DNA of 64,000 nucleotides, from positions 35,377 to 99,376 of the forward strand of contig CAZQQJ010000004.1 in assembly GCA_964595435.1 (NCBI GenBank), written 5' to 3'. The stretch comes from an uncultured Anaerolinea sp. (GTDB taxonomy: Bacteria > Chloroflexota > Anaerolineae > Anaerolineales > UBA4823). Under the pieces are notes generated by a model, which saw only the letters and a list, made by a program, of their open reading frames with translations, had not been told where the DNA came from and did no database searches. Positions 27,834-37,719 of the stretch are shown piece by piece (the stretch's first letter is position 1; each line of letters starts with the position of its first letter). Made by a program: the position numbers and the translations under genes.

Positions 27834-29039
27834 ATGAAGATCGGCATGATGGCTGATGTGTATAAGCCATATGTGAGCGGAGTGACCAATCATATCGCTC
27901 TGAACAAGCAGACCCTGGAAAGCCTGGGGCACGAAGTGTATGTGTTCACTTTCCAGGCTGCTGATTACCAGGACGATGAGACAAACGTCATCCGCTCACC
28001 GAGTATTCCCTTTCTGGATACTGGCTTCAATTTCAGCCTGAGCTACAGCCGCGAAGCGCGCCACCTGCTGCGCGGCATGGATGTGGTGCACGTACACCAT
28101 CCCTTCCTGAGCGGGCCCCTGGCGCTGCTCTACTGCCGGCCTTTTGGTGTGCCGGTTGTCTTCACCAACCATACTCGCTATGACCTGTATGCCCAGACTT
28201 ACCTGCGTCCCGGCGGCGAGGAAATTGGCATTGCCGCCATCCAGGCTTACCTGCCCACTTTTTGCCGGGCGGTAAACCTGGTGATCTGTCCTTCCCCGGG
28301 TATTTGCAAGGTATTACACAGCTATGGGATACAGGGGGATAACATGGAGGTCGTACCCAATGGCGTCGACCTGGATCGTTTCCAAAAACCTTGCGAGCCG
28401 GTGAGCCGCGCTGAATTGGGTTTTGCTGAAACGGATGTCGTCCTGGCTTACGTTGGGCGTTTGGGACCCGAGAAGAACCTCTACTTTTTGCTGCGCTCGT
28501 TTGCTGGCGTGGCGCAGGCTTACGATCATGTCCACCTGATATTAATTGGCGATGGCCCCGAACGCGGCAGCCTGGAAGAGCGCGTTGAGCGTTCGGGGTT
28601 GAATGAACGGGTGCGCTTCATGGGGTTGGTCCCCTACGACCAGTTGCCAGCACACCTGGCCATGGCAGACATCTTCGCGACTGCTTCAGTGACCGAGGTG
28701 CATCCGCTGACGGTGATTGAGGCGATGGCAGCCGGCCTGCCGGTGTTGGGCATCGATTCGCCTGGGGTGGGTGATACGATACAAGATGGCGAAACGGGTT
28801 ATCTGGCGCCTGAAGAGGACCTGGCGATGTTTACGGCCAAAATGATCAAGTTGGTCACAGAGCACGAGGTACGTCGCCAGATGGGCGAACGGGCCCGCCA
28901 GGCTTCGTGCAACTATGATATCCGGCGCACCTCACAGATGCTCCTGAAGCGTTACCAGCGGGTGATCGACCAATCTGCCGCCCATCGCCGCGGCTGGCGC
29001 GTCCGCCTGGATCGGTGGTTGGACCAGTTTCGTGCATGA
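27834..29039 (+). CDS. GT4-family glycosyltransferase
   Basis: 401 aa. The N-terminal MKIGMMADVYKPYVSGV and C-terminal E-x7-E-like region (TEVHPLTVIEAMAAGLPVLG) are typical GT-B/GT4. Confidence 0.8.
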   Translation: MKIGMMADVYKPYVSGVTNHIALNKQTLESLGHEVYVFTFQAADYQDDETNVIRSPSIPFLDTGFNFSLSYSREARHLLRGMDVVHVHHPFLSGPLALLYCRPFGVPVVFTNHTRYDLYAQTYLRPGGEEIGIAAIQAYLPTFCRAVNLVICPSPGICKVLHSYGIQGDNMEVVPNGVDLDRFQKPCEPVSRAELGFAETDVVLAYVGRLGPEKNLYFLLRSFAGVAQAYDHVHLILIGDGPERGSLEERVERSGLNERVRFMGLVPYDQLPAHLAMADIFATASVTEVHPLTVIEAMAAGLPVLGIDSPGVGDTIQDGETGYLAPEEDLAMFTAKMIKLVTEHEVRRQMGERARQASCNYDIRRTSQMLLKRYQRVIDQSAAHRRGWRVRLDRWLDQFRA

Positions 29040-29407
29040 CTACCTCTGCCCAACGCCTGGGCCGCTGGGGTGAGCGCCTGGCGGCGGCTTACCTGGAACA
29101 GCGCGGCTATGCCATCCTGGCCTGTAACGCCCGCACCCCTTATGGTGAGCTGGACCTGGTGGCTCGCCAGGGAGAAGTGACTGTCTTTGTGGAAGTCAAA
29201 ACGCGCCGTTCGCAGTCGTTTGGCCTGCCCGAGGCGGGCGTCACGCCGCGCAAGCAAGCTCACCTGCTCTCCGCGGCTCAATCCTATTTGCAAACCCACC
29301 CAGACCTGAATGGCGACTGGCGTGTGGACGTGATCGCCATCCGCCGCCTGGTTTCAGCAGATGCCGAACCTGAAATCGTGCATTTTGAAAACGCTCTCAC
29401 CGGCTGA
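29036..29407 (+). CDS. yraN: YraN-family (UPF0102) endonuclease-like protein
   Basis: GERLAAAYLEQRGYAILACNARTPYGELDLVARQGEVTVFVEVKTR is the YraN core. The ATG at 29036 overlaps the GT4 stop (ATGA). Confidence 0.8.
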   Translation: MTTSAQRLGRWGERLAAAYLEQRGYAILACNARTPYGELDLVARQGEVTVFVEVKTRRSQSFGLPEAGVTPRKQAHLLSAAQSYLQTHPDLNGDWRVDVIAIRRLVSADAEPEIVHFENALTG

Positions 29408-29432
29408 TAGTCTGATTCCTGGCGCTTAGCGC

Positions 29433-30380
29433 ATGACGCTTGACACTCACCCACCCCTCGTTGTCATTCTAGGCCCCACCGCGGTGGGCAAGACCGAGAT
29501 CGCCATCCAACTGGCCGAACGACTGGACGGCGAGGTCATCTCGGCAGATTCGCGCCTGTTCTATCGTGGTATGGACATCGGCACGGCCAAACCATCACCG
29601 CTTGAGCGCGCTCGCGTTCCTCACCACCTGATCGACGTGGCCGACCCGGATGAGACCTGGAGCCTGGCGCTTTTTCAGGAGCAGGCGCAGCAGGCCATCG
29701 CCGGTGTCCATGCCCGTGGGCGGTTGCCCTTCCTGGTGGGCGGCACCGGCCAATATATCCGTGCCGTGACCCAGGGCTGGCAGCCGCCCGCGGTGCAGCC
29801 CGACCCGCCCTTGCGCCAGGCGCTGGAAACCTGGGCGGCCCGGATTGGCCCATACGCCTTGCACGCTCGCCTGGCGGTGCTGGATGCGCCTGCCGCAGCA
29901 GCCATTGACCCGCGCAACCTGCGCCGCACGGTGCGCGCCCTGGAAGTGATCCTCAGCAGCGGGCGGCGCTTTTCCGAGCAGCGGGGCAGCGCCGCTTCGC
30001 CGTATCGCCTGGCGCAGATCGGTTTGGCTCGCCCGCGCCCTGAACTGTACGCTCGCATCGACGCCCGCATCGACGCCATGCTGGCCGCCGGCCTGGTCGA
30101 CGAAGTGCGGCGCCTGTTAGACCAGGGGTATTCCCCCGATCTGCCTTCGCTTTCTGCCATCGGTTACCGGGAGGTCGTGGCCTGCTTGCAGAACCGGCTG
30201 ACCCTTGCCGAGGCGGTGGCAGAGATCAAACGCGCCACACGCACCTTCGTCCGCCGCCAGGCCAACTGGTTCAAAGCCAGCGACCCGGGTATCCACTGGT
30301 TCCCTATGAACGAGACCACCCTCTCCGATGTCGAGGCGTTTCTAAAGAAAACTTTTCGGAGCGAATCAGTTGACATTTGA
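29433..30380 (+). CDS. miaA: tRNA dimethylallyltransferase
   Basis: P-loop ILGPTAVGKTEIAIQLA followed by EVISADSRLFYRGMDIGTAKP, the canonical MiaA opening. Confidence 0.9.
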   Translation: MTLDTHPPLVVILGPTAVGKTEIAIQLAERLDGEVISADSRLFYRGMDIGTAKPSPLERARVPHHLIDVADPDETWSLALFQEQAQQAIAGVHARGRLPFLVGGTGQYIRAVTQGWQPPAVQPDPPLRQALETWAARIGPYALHARLAVLDAPAAAAIDPRNLRRTVRALEVILSSGRRFSEQRGSAASPYRLAQIGLARPRPELYARIDARIDAMLAAGLVDEVRRLLDQGYSPDLPSLSAIGYREVVACLQNRLTLAEAVAEIKRATRTFVRRQANWFKASDPGIHWFPMNETTLSDVEAFLKKTFRSESVDI

Positions 30381-30398
30381 AATAACTTTGTCTATACT
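30370..30398 (+). promoter_or_regulatory. sigma70-like promoter for fadD-fabF
   Basis: TTGACA (30370..30375), a 17-nt spacer, then TATACT (30393..30398). It straddles the miaA stop and lies about 70 nt upstream of the fadD ATG. Confidence 0.45.
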
Positions 30399-30466
30399 TA
30401 GATTGGATCGAATTCCCCGGTTCAGGTTGATACAATTCATGAGGTTCCTTAGTTACGGAGGAGGAG

Positions 30467-32149
30467 ATGGACGAGCGTCCCTGGCTGAAAAGTTATGACC
30501 AAGGTGTCCCGCACACGATTGACTATCCTCAGGTTCCACTATTCTATTTTTTGGAAGAGGCAGCTCGCAAATATCCCGAGTCGGCTGCCACGATTTTCAA
30601 AGACGCCCGTATTACCTATCGCGAATTGAATGAACTGACCGATCGCATGGCCGCCGGGCTCGCCGGGCTGGGGGTGAAGAAAGGCGATCGGGTCGGCATC
30701 TTTATGCCCAACTCGCCGCAATTTGTGATCGCCTATTTCGCTATCCTCAAGCTGGGCGGGGTAGTTGTGGCGACCAACCCGCTTTACAGCCCGCGCGAAA
30801 TCGAGCACCAGGCCAACGATTCAGGGATTGAACTCATGCTGGTGATGAGCAATTTCTATAACACCATGAAGCAGGTGCAGCCCAAGACGCACATTCGCAA
30901 GCTGGTGGTCACCAACATCAAGGATTACCTTCCGCCCATTAAAGCCTTTCTGTTTACCCTGCTCAAAGAGAAGAAAAGTGGTTTTCATGTCGAGCTGGCC
31001 GACGGCGACGTATGGTTCAAAGACCTGATCGAACGCCATAAGCCCGAGGATCGTCCCAGGGTCGAGGTCGGCGCTGAGGACGTTGCCTTGTTCCAGTACA
31101 GCGGCGGCACGACGGGTGTATCGAAAGGCGCCGTTGCGCTGCACCGCAACCTGGTGGCCAATACCTTGATGATCCATAACTGGATCACCAACTGCCAGGA
31201 CGGCAAAGAGGTCGTCTTGATGGCGATCCCCCTGTTCCACGTCTATGGCATGGTGGCCGGCATGTGTTTCGCCATCCGCGCCGCAGCAACCATGGTCATG
31301 ATCCCCAACCCGCGTGACATCAAAGATGTGCTGGACAGCATCCAGAAATATAAAGCCAGCATCTACCCCGGCGTTCCGACCATGTACAACGCCATCAACA
31401 ACCATCCGGACGTACGGGCCAAGAAATATGACCTGAGCACGATCAAGGCCTGTATTTCCGGCTCGGCCCCGCTGATGCGCGAGACCAAAGAAAAATTCGA
31501 AGCGCTCACTGGCGGCAAGCTGGTCGAAGGCTTCGGCATGTCCGAGGCGCCCACCGCATCCCACTGCAACCCGCTTTTCGGCAAGAACCCGCCCGGCTCG
31601 ATCGGCCTGCCCATGCCGGATGTCGACGCCCGCATCATCAGCCTGGACGACGAAGTCACCGTCCTGCCGCCGGGCGAGGTGGGCGAGCTGGTGGTCAAAG
31701 CCCCCAACGTCATGAAGGGCTACCATAACATGCCCACCGAGACGGCCAATTCACTGCGCGATGGCTGGCTTTACACGGGCGATATCGCTCGCATGGACGA
31801 AGAAGGTTTCTTCTACATCGTCGATCGCAAGAAAGAGCTGATCAAGCCCGGCGGTTACCAGGTCTGGCCGCGCGAAGTGGAAGAAGTGATTATCCAGCAC
31901 CCCAAGGTGCTGGAAGTGGGCGTGGCTGGCGTCCCCGATCCCTACCGCGGTGAGACGGTCAAAGCCTGGGTGGTGCTCAAGCCAGGCGAAACAGCCACCG
32001 AGGAAGATATCAAGGAATTCTGCAAGGATCACCTGGCCAAGTTCAAGATCCCTACCCACGTCGAGTTCCGCAGCGAATTGCCCAAGACCACCGTGGGCAA
32101 GATCTTGCGCCGCGAGCTGGTGCGCCAGCACAAAGAGACCGTCCAATAA
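30467..32149 (+). CDS. fadD: long-chain fatty-acid--CoA ligase
   Basis: 560 aa. The AMP-binding motif is FQYSGGTTGVSKGA, the opening is FadD-like (WLKSYDQGVPHTIDY), and the C-terminus has PKTTVGKILRREL. Confidence 0.85.
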   Translation: MDERPWLKSYDQGVPHTIDYPQVPLFYFLEEAARKYPESAATIFKDARITYRELNELTDRMAAGLAGLGVKKGDRVGIFMPNSPQFVIAYFAILKLGGVVVATNPLYSPREIEHQANDSGIELMLVMSNFYNTMKQVQPKTHIRKLVVTNIKDYLPPIKAFLFTLLKEKKSGFHVELADGDVWFKDLIERHKPEDRPRVEVGAEDVALFQYSGGTTGVSKGAVALHRNLVANTLMIHNWITNCQDGKEVVLMAIPLFHVYGMVAGMCFAIRAAATMVMIPNPRDIKDVLDSIQKYKASIYPGVPTMYNAINNHPDVRAKKYDLSTIKACISGSAPLMRETKEKFEALTGGKLVEGFGMSEAPTASHCNPLFGKNPPGSIGLPMPDVDARIISLDDEVTVLPPGEVGELVVKAPNVMKGYHNMPTETANSLRDGWLYTGDIARMDEEGFFYIVDRKKELIKPGGYQVWPREVEEVIIQHPKVLEVGVAGVPDPYRGETVKAWVVLKPGETATEEDIKEFCKDHLAKFKIPTHVEFRSELPKTTVGKILRRELVRQHKETVQ

Positions 32150-32168
32150 CTTGCGGGTAAGGAGAACC

Positions 32169-33413
32169 ATGCAAGATCGTCGTGTGGTCATCACCGGCAT
32201 GGGTGTGGTTTGCCCGCTGGGCCTGGACGTCGTCGAGACGTGGCGCAACCTGTCCGAGGGGCGCTCCGGCATCGGGCCGATCACCGTCTTCGACGCCTCT
32301 TCTTTCGACGTGCGCATCGCCGGCGAAGTGCGCGGCTTCGACCCGCTGAATTATATGTCCCCCAGGGAAGCGCGGCGTACGGACCGCTTCACCCAATACG
32401 CCCTGGCGGCTGTGGAGCAGGCCCTGGCCCAATCCCGCCTGGCGGTCGATGCCGCCAACGCCTACGATACCGGCGCCATCATTGGGTCCGGCGTGGGCGG
32501 CATCTGGACCTACACCCGTGAACTGGACGTGCTCAACCAGAAGGGCCCTCGCCGGGTCAACCCGCTGCTCATTCCTACCATCACGGTGGACGTCCCCTCG
32601 GTTTACGTGGCCCTGCGCACCGGCGCCCAGGGGCCGAACCACGGCGTGGCCTCGGCCTGCGCCACCGGCGCGGACGCCATCGGCGAGGCCTACGAAGTCA
32701 TCCGCCGCGGCCACGCCCAGGCCATGTTCACCGGCGGGTTCGAGGCGGCGGTCACCCCCATCGGCGTGGCCGCTTTCGACCAGTTGCGCGCCCTCTCGCG
32801 CCGCAACGACGACCCCGCCGCGGCCAGCCGCCCCTTCGACGCCGAGCGGGATGGCTTCGTCATGGCAGACGGCGGCGCCCTGCTGGTGCTCGAAGAATTA
32901 TCCTTTGCCCTGCGCCGCGGCGCCGAGCCGCTGGCCGAAGTACTGGCCTACGCCTCCACCTCGGACGCCGTCCACCTGACCGCTCCGTCGATGGAAGGGG
33001 TCGGTGTGGCGCGCTGCATGACCCTGGCGTTGCAGCGCGCCGGGCTGGCTCCCGAGCAGGTCTCCTACGTCAACGCGCACGGCACGGGCACGCCGGCCGG
33101 CGATCCGGTGGAAACCGCCGCCATCCACCAGGTCTTCGGCGAGCACGCCGCCCGCCTGCCGGTCAGCTCGACCAAGTCGATGACCGGCCACCTGTTGGGT
33201 GGGGCGGGCGCCCTGGAAGCGGCCGTCTGCGTCCAGGCGCTGCGCCACGGCCTGGTCCCCCCGACGATCAACCTGTACACCCCCGACCCGGCCTGCGACC
33301 TGGATTACGTCCCGCACCGCGCCCGCCCGGCAGCCCTGGACGTGGCGCTGTCCAACTCGTTCGGTTTTGGCGGGCATAACACCGTCCTGATCCTGCGCAA
33401 ATTTGATCGTTGA
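32169..33413 (+). CDS. fabF: beta-ketoacyl-ACP synthase II
   Basis: The start at ATG 32169 follows AAGGAGA. RRVVITGMGVVCPLG is present, the active-site Cys context is ACATGADAIGEA, and the His residues lie in YVNAHGTGTPAGD and KSMTGHLLGGAG. Confidence 0.85.
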   Translation: MQDRRVVITGMGVVCPLGLDVVETWRNLSEGRSGIGPITVFDASSFDVRIAGEVRGFDPLNYMSPREARRTDRFTQYALAAVEQALAQSRLAVDAANAYDTGAIIGSGVGGIWTYTRELDVLNQKGPRRVNPLLIPTITVDVPSVYVALRTGAQGPNHGVASACATGADAIGEAYEVIRRGHAQAMFTGGFEAAVTPIGVAAFDQLRALSRRNDDPAAASRPFDAERDGFVMADGGALLVLEELSFALRRGAEPLAEVLAYASTSDAVHLTAPSMEGVGVARCMTLALQRAGLAPEQVSYVNAHGTGTPAGDPVETAAIHQVFGEHAARLPVSSTKSMTGHLLGGAGALEAAVCVQALRHGLVPPTINLYTPDPACDLDYVPHRARPAALDVALSNSFGFGGHNTVLILRKFDR

Positions 33414-33452
33414 CGCCGGCTGGTTCGCGTGGTAAAATCCCGTCGCTTGATA

Positions 33453-33525
33453 GCCCCCATCGTCTAGCGGCCCAGGACGCGGCCCTCTCAAGGCCAAAAC
33501 AGGGGTTCGAGTCCCCTTGGGGGCA
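33453..33525 (+). tRNA. tRNA-Glu (anticodon CUC)
   Basis: Hand-folded cloverleaf. The acceptor is GCCCCCA/TGGGGGC, the D arm GTCT-AGCGGCCCA-GGAC, the anticodon loop CT-CTC-AA and the T arm AGGGG-TTCGAGT-CCCCT. The architecture parallels E. coli tRNA-Glu. CCA is not encoded. Confidence 0.85.
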
Positions 33526-33779
33526 CACAAATCGGACGAAACCAGTCAGAAATCATTAGATGTTGATGATTTTCTGGCTGGTTTGCGTTTTGAAAATAGG
33601 AATAAGTTGGAGGGGTTACAGATTGACTTTTCGTGATTGGGTACCCCAAAAAGAACACCATAGATATAACCTGGGGAAAAAGCAAATCCGCTAGGTTTGT
33701 CAAGGTTTTTTAGTCCTTTTTATATCTTCTTTGTTCATCCCCCGTGCATTATTAGGCGTGATGTATAATAAATTTTGGA

Positions 33780-36500
33780 ATGCCTGAACCACTTCTCTTC
33801 ACCAAGCTGTACATCCCCCCGCCCCGGCCTGGCATTGTCCCGCGCCCGCGCCTGATCGAGCGATTGAACGATGGCCTGGTCAAAGGGGGCAGACTAACAC
33901 TCATCTCTGCCCCTGCCGGCTTCGGCAAAACCATGCTGGTCAGCGAATGGGTCGCCAGTTGTGGGAGGCTAGTTGCATGGTTGTCCCTGGATGAAGGGGA
34001 CAACGATCCGGTGCGTTTCATCTCTTACCTGGTAGCGGCTTTACAGACCATCAAGGCGGGAATTGATGAGGGTTTATTGGCTATTCTCCAATCCCCTCAG
34101 CCCCCGCCAACTGAATCGATTCTGACCACCCTGCTCAATGAAATCGCCACTATTTCGGACAGCTTCATTCTGGTATTGGATGATTACCATGTGGTTGATT
34201 CCAAACCAGTAGATCAGGCCTTGACTTTCCTCATCGAACATCAGCCGCCGCAGATGCACCTGGTCATCACCACGCGTGAGGATCCACATCTGCCCCTGGC
34301 TCGGCTACGCGCCCGGGGCCAATTGACAGAACTGCGTGCCGCAGATTTGCGTTTTACCCCCGCCGAAGCCGCCGAATTTCTAAACCAGGTGATGGGCCTG
34401 AATCTCTCAGCAGAAAACATCGCCGCCCTGGAAACTCGCACCGAAGGCTGGATTGCCGGCCTGCAGCTGGCCGCGCTCTCCATGCAGGGGCGGTCAGACG
34501 CTGCTAGTTTTATCCAGGCCTTCACCGGCAGCCACCGGTTTGTGCTGGATTATTTGGTTGAGGAGGTTCTCCAGCGCCAGCCAGAAGGTATTCACAGCTT
34601 CTTACTGAAAACTGCCATTCTCGATCGGCTAAGCGGTTCTCTGTGTGATGCCGTTACAGGTCGAAAAGACGGCAAAGGAGTGTTGGAAACACTCGAGCGT
34701 GGCAACCTGTTCGTCATCCCGCTCGATGATCAGCGCCAGTGGTACCGCTATCATCCCCTCTTCGCTGAAGTATTGCAAGCGCGTTTAATAGACGAGCAGC
34801 CGGATCAAGTATTCAGCCTGCACCAGCGGGCGAGCGAGTGGTATGAGCACAATGGTTCGGCGGCCGATGCGATCCGCCACGCGCTGGCGGCAAAGGATTT
34901 TGAACGAGCAGCGATCCTGGTCGAACTGGCAGTACCCGAAATGCGCAGGAATAGACAGGAAGCCACGGTCACGGAGCTTGGATGGCTAAAGGCGCTACCC
35001 AACGAGTTGGTCCGCTTCAGGCCGGTGCTCAGTGTTGCCTATGCTTACGCATTATTTGGTGGCGGAGAACTAGAGGCCGTTGAGCCTCGACTGCGGGACG
35101 CCGAACGGTGGCTGGACACGACGGCCGACACGGCGGGGATGGTCGTCGTGGACGAAGATGAATTTCGCCGTCTGTCGGGTATGATCGCCCTTCTCCGTGC
35201 CGCGCAGGCCCTGGCCCGGGGCGATATGCCCGAAGCCGCGAAAAACGCTCGACGGGTGCTCGATCTCACACCTGAGGACGCCCATCTGATGCTCGGTGGG
35301 GCAGCTTCGGTGCTGGGGCTCGCCGCATGGGCGAGTGGGGATCTCGAGATCGCCCGCCGGATGACTGCTGATGGCATGACAAATGTGTGGCTGGCCGGGT
35401 ACATCTCTTCCGCCATCGGCGGCGCCATTGTCCTGGCGGATATACAGATTAGGCAAGGTCGTCTCCACGAGGCAATGACCACCTATGAGCGGGGATTGCA
35501 GTGGGCGACGGCGTCGGGCGCGCCAGTCCTGCGGGGAGCGGCAGATATGTACGTGGGCATGAGCGACCTTTACCGTGAATATAACGATCTGAAGACCGCC
35601 ACGCAGCACCTGCTCACAAGCCAGGCTCTGGGTGAGCATGCCGGGTTACCACAAAACCCGTATCGCTGGTGCGCAGCGATGGCGCGCATACGGGAGGCCC
35701 AAGGCGATCTGGATGAGGCGCTCGACCTGCTCGACAAGGCCGAGCGGCTGTACAATAGTAACTTTTCCCCGAATGTGCGTCCGATCGCGACGCGGAAGGC
35801 ACGGGTGTGGGTGGCCCAGGGTCGGTTGGGTGAAGCCCTGGGCTGGGCGCGTGAGCAGGGATTGTCCGTTGAAAACGAACTCAGCTACCTACGCGAGTTC
35901 GATCACATCACCCTGGTCAGGGTGCTCCTGGCCCGCTATCAGAGCGACCGCACAGACTGCTCCATTCAAGAGGCAATGGGACTACTGGAGCGCCTGCTGA
36001 AAGCAGCGGAAGAAGGCGGGAGGACAGGCAGCGTGATTGAAATCCTGGTATTGCAGGCGAGTGCTTATCACGCGCAAGGTAACCTCCCTGCTGCTCTCTT
36101 GTCTTTGCAGCATGCTCTTGCGTTGGCCGAGCCGGAGGGCTACGTCCGCATGTTCCTTGACGAAGGCTCAAGCATGATGCAACTGCTTCGCGAATCTGCC
36201 GCGCGTGAAATCATGCCAGACTACACAGGCAAGCTACTGGCAGTATATGAAGCTGAGAAGCGGAAGAGCGAAGACAAATCACTTTTATTCCCTACCCAGC
36301 CCCTGATCGAGCCATTGAGCCAACGCGAATTAAAAATACTGCAACTCATTGCCCAGGGACTATCGAATCGAGAGATAGGCGAGCGGCTTTTCCTCGCCTT
36401 GGATACGATCAAAGGGCACAACCGGATAATTTTTGACAAGCTGCAGGTTCAGAGTCGCACCGAAGCTGTGGCTCGCGCCCGCGAGCTGGGTTTGTTGTAA
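33780..36500 (+). CDS. MalT-like STAND ATPase / LuxR-family transcriptional regulator
   Basis: 906 aa. The opening TKLYIPPPRPGIVPRPRL and P-loop SAPAGFGKTMLV are followed by a long helical/TPR-like middle. The C-terminal GerE/LuxR HTH is LSQRELKILQLIAQGLSNREIGERLFLALDTIKGH. Confidence 0.85.
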   Translation: MPEPLLFTKLYIPPPRPGIVPRPRLIERLNDGLVKGGRLTLISAPAGFGKTMLVSEWVASCGRLVAWLSLDEGDNDPVRFISYLVAALQTIKAGIDEGLLAILQSPQPPPTESILTTLLNEIATISDSFILVLDDYHVVDSKPVDQALTFLIEHQPPQMHLVITTREDPHLPLARLRARGQLTELRAADLRFTPAEAAEFLNQVMGLNLSAENIAALETRTEGWIAGLQLAALSMQGRSDAASFIQAFTGSHRFVLDYLVEEVLQRQPEGIHSFLLKTAILDRLSGSLCDAVTGRKDGKGVLETLERGNLFVIPLDDQRQWYRYHPLFAEVLQARLIDEQPDQVFSLHQRASEWYEHNGSAADAIRHALAAKDFERAAILVELAVPEMRRNRQEATVTELGWLKALPNELVRFRPVLSVAYAYALFGGGELEAVEPRLRDAERWLDTTADTAGMVVVDEDEFRRLSGMIALLRAAQALARGDMPEAAKNARRVLDLTPEDAHLMLGGAASVLGLAAWASGDLEIARRMTADGMTNVWLAGYISSAIGGAIVLADIQIRQGRLHEAMTTYERGLQWATASGAPVLRGAADMYVGMSDLYREYNDLKTATQHLLTSQALGEHAGLPQNPYRWCAAMARIREAQGDLDEALDLLDKAERLYNSNFSPNVRPIATRKARVWVAQGRLGEALGWAREQGLSVENELSYLREFDHITLVRVLLARYQSDRTDCSIQEAMGLLERLLKAAEEGGRTGSVIEILVLQASAYHAQGNLPAALLSLQHALALAEPEGYVRMFLDEGSSMMQLLRESAAREIMPDYTGKLLAVYEAEKRKSEDKSLLFPTQPLIEPLSQRELKILQLIAQGLSNREIGERLFLALDTIKGHNRIIFDKLQVQSRTEAVARARELGLL

Positions 36501-36657
36501 GGTTCACCTTTCCTCAACATTTCCCCGCAATAACTAAAAACAACACCCATAACCAACACTAAAGTGTCTATTCGTTAACACTGTGTGGGGGATATTATCC
36601 TTGTACATTGAGCATGCGGCACGGATTGTATTGACCGGCCACAAAAGGTACAAGGTG

Positions 36658-36942
36658 ATGTCAAACAATTCTGACCCAACAACTAATCCGAGTCAACCCG
36701 TGGTCTATCAGATCAGGATCAAGGGTCATCTGGGTAGCCAGTGGACAAACTGGTTTGAGGGTCTGACCATCACGCTGGAAGAGGACGGCGACACGGTTCT
36801 AACCGGCCCGGTGATCGACCAGGCTGCATTGCATGGGTTGCTGAAAAAAGTGCGGGATTTGGGCATGCCCTTGGTCTCGGTCGTTCAAGTCCAACTCGAT
36901 GAAACTCGTTCATATAGTGCAAAAAGCTGTAGGGGCGGATGA
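36658..36942 (+). CDS. small conserved hypothetical protein
   Basis: The start is taken at ATG 36658. The core YQIRIKGHLGSQWTNWFEGLTITLEEDGDTVLTGPVIDQAALHGLLKKVRDLGMPLVSV resembles a widespread uncharacterised small-protein family I recall from Actinobacteria and Chloroflexi. The tail reads into the 64-nt repeat. Confidence 0.5.
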   Translation: MSNNSDPTTNPSQPVVYQIRIKGHLGSQWTNWFEGLTITLEEDGDTVLTGPVIDQAALHGLLKKVRDLGMPLVSVVQVQLDETRSYSAKSCRGG

Positions 36943-36984
36943 CATCCGCCTGCCACGCAAAACGGTTCATACCAAATAAGGAGA
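36921..36984 (+). repeat. 64-nt conserved leader element, copy A
   Basis: 61 of 64 nt are identical to 38684..38747. It contains the palindrome GGCGGATG-n-CATCCGCC and ends in the AAGGAGA Shine-Dalgarno of the downstream membrane-protein gene. Confidence 0.75.
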
Positions 36985-36988
36985 AAAA

Positions 36989-37645
36989 ATGAATGAAAAC
37001 ATATTCCTGAATCAAGTGAAACAAATTGGCACCGGTCTCGCTTTCATCATCTTTCCACTGCTGTTTATCTTTGCCTTTGCAATCCACCCTGGCTTGCTAC
37101 AACCTCACCTGCTTGGTCCACAAGAGCTCATACTCAGAGCCCACAGTAACAGACTCTTGCAGTTCGGACACGTGATTGTCACGTTAAACACGACCCTTTT
37201 AATTGTGGTCGCCCTGCACTTTATGAAGCCACTTGATCGCAGCTCTGGTGCTTGGGCTGGTTTTATTGGCGCAGCGATAGCCATTCTGGGCGCCATTATT
37301 CTGGCAGCGGATAAAGGTGCATTATGCCTGACCATGAGCGCTTTTGACACATTACCAGAAAAAGTATTCGCACAAATCATGCCGGGTGTATTGGCTATGT
37401 TTACAAAACAAGGCTGGTTGGTGTTGTTGTGGGGCATTGTATTCCTGCCAATCGGCTTTGCCATTCAAGCCATTGCCTTACTCAAGACCAATGCTTTTCC
37501 GCGCTGGCAAAGCATAATGTTCTTGATAGGCGTGTTACTGGTGGCCACTCCTGATGGCTTTGAAATCATAAATCTAATTGCCTCTATCATGATGGCAATT
37601 GCACTCGTCCCATATGGAATACAGATCATCAAAAAAGCAAAGTAA
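36989..37645 (+). CDS. membrane protein (DUF4386-like, tentative)
   Basis: 218 aa with about 6 TM helices. The FPRWQSIMFLIGVLLVA segment parallels IPRWLSGFGIVAI of the ORF at 38754. It is preceded by repeat copy A. Confidence 0.5.
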   Translation: MNENIFLNQVKQIGTGLAFIIFPLLFIFAFAIHPGLLQPHLLGPQELILRAHSNRLLQFGHVIVTLNTTLLIVVALHFMKPLDRSSGAWAGFIGAAIAILGAIILAADKGALCLTMSAFDTLPEKVFAQIMPGVLAMFTKQGWLVLLWGIVFLPIGFAIQAIALLKTNAFPRWQSIMFLIGVLLVATPDGFEIINLIASIMMAIALVPYGIQIIKKAK

Positions 37646-37719
37646 ATTTTTCTCTGTAATAGTTGGCAGGCCAGGTATTATCTTCGCAGATACCGCACCA
37701 AATAAGAGGTACTGAAAAA

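Noticed and set aside
30821-31726. 301-aa ORF antisense to fadD
   Set aside because: High-GC antisense artefact. fadD motifs are clear on the plus strand.
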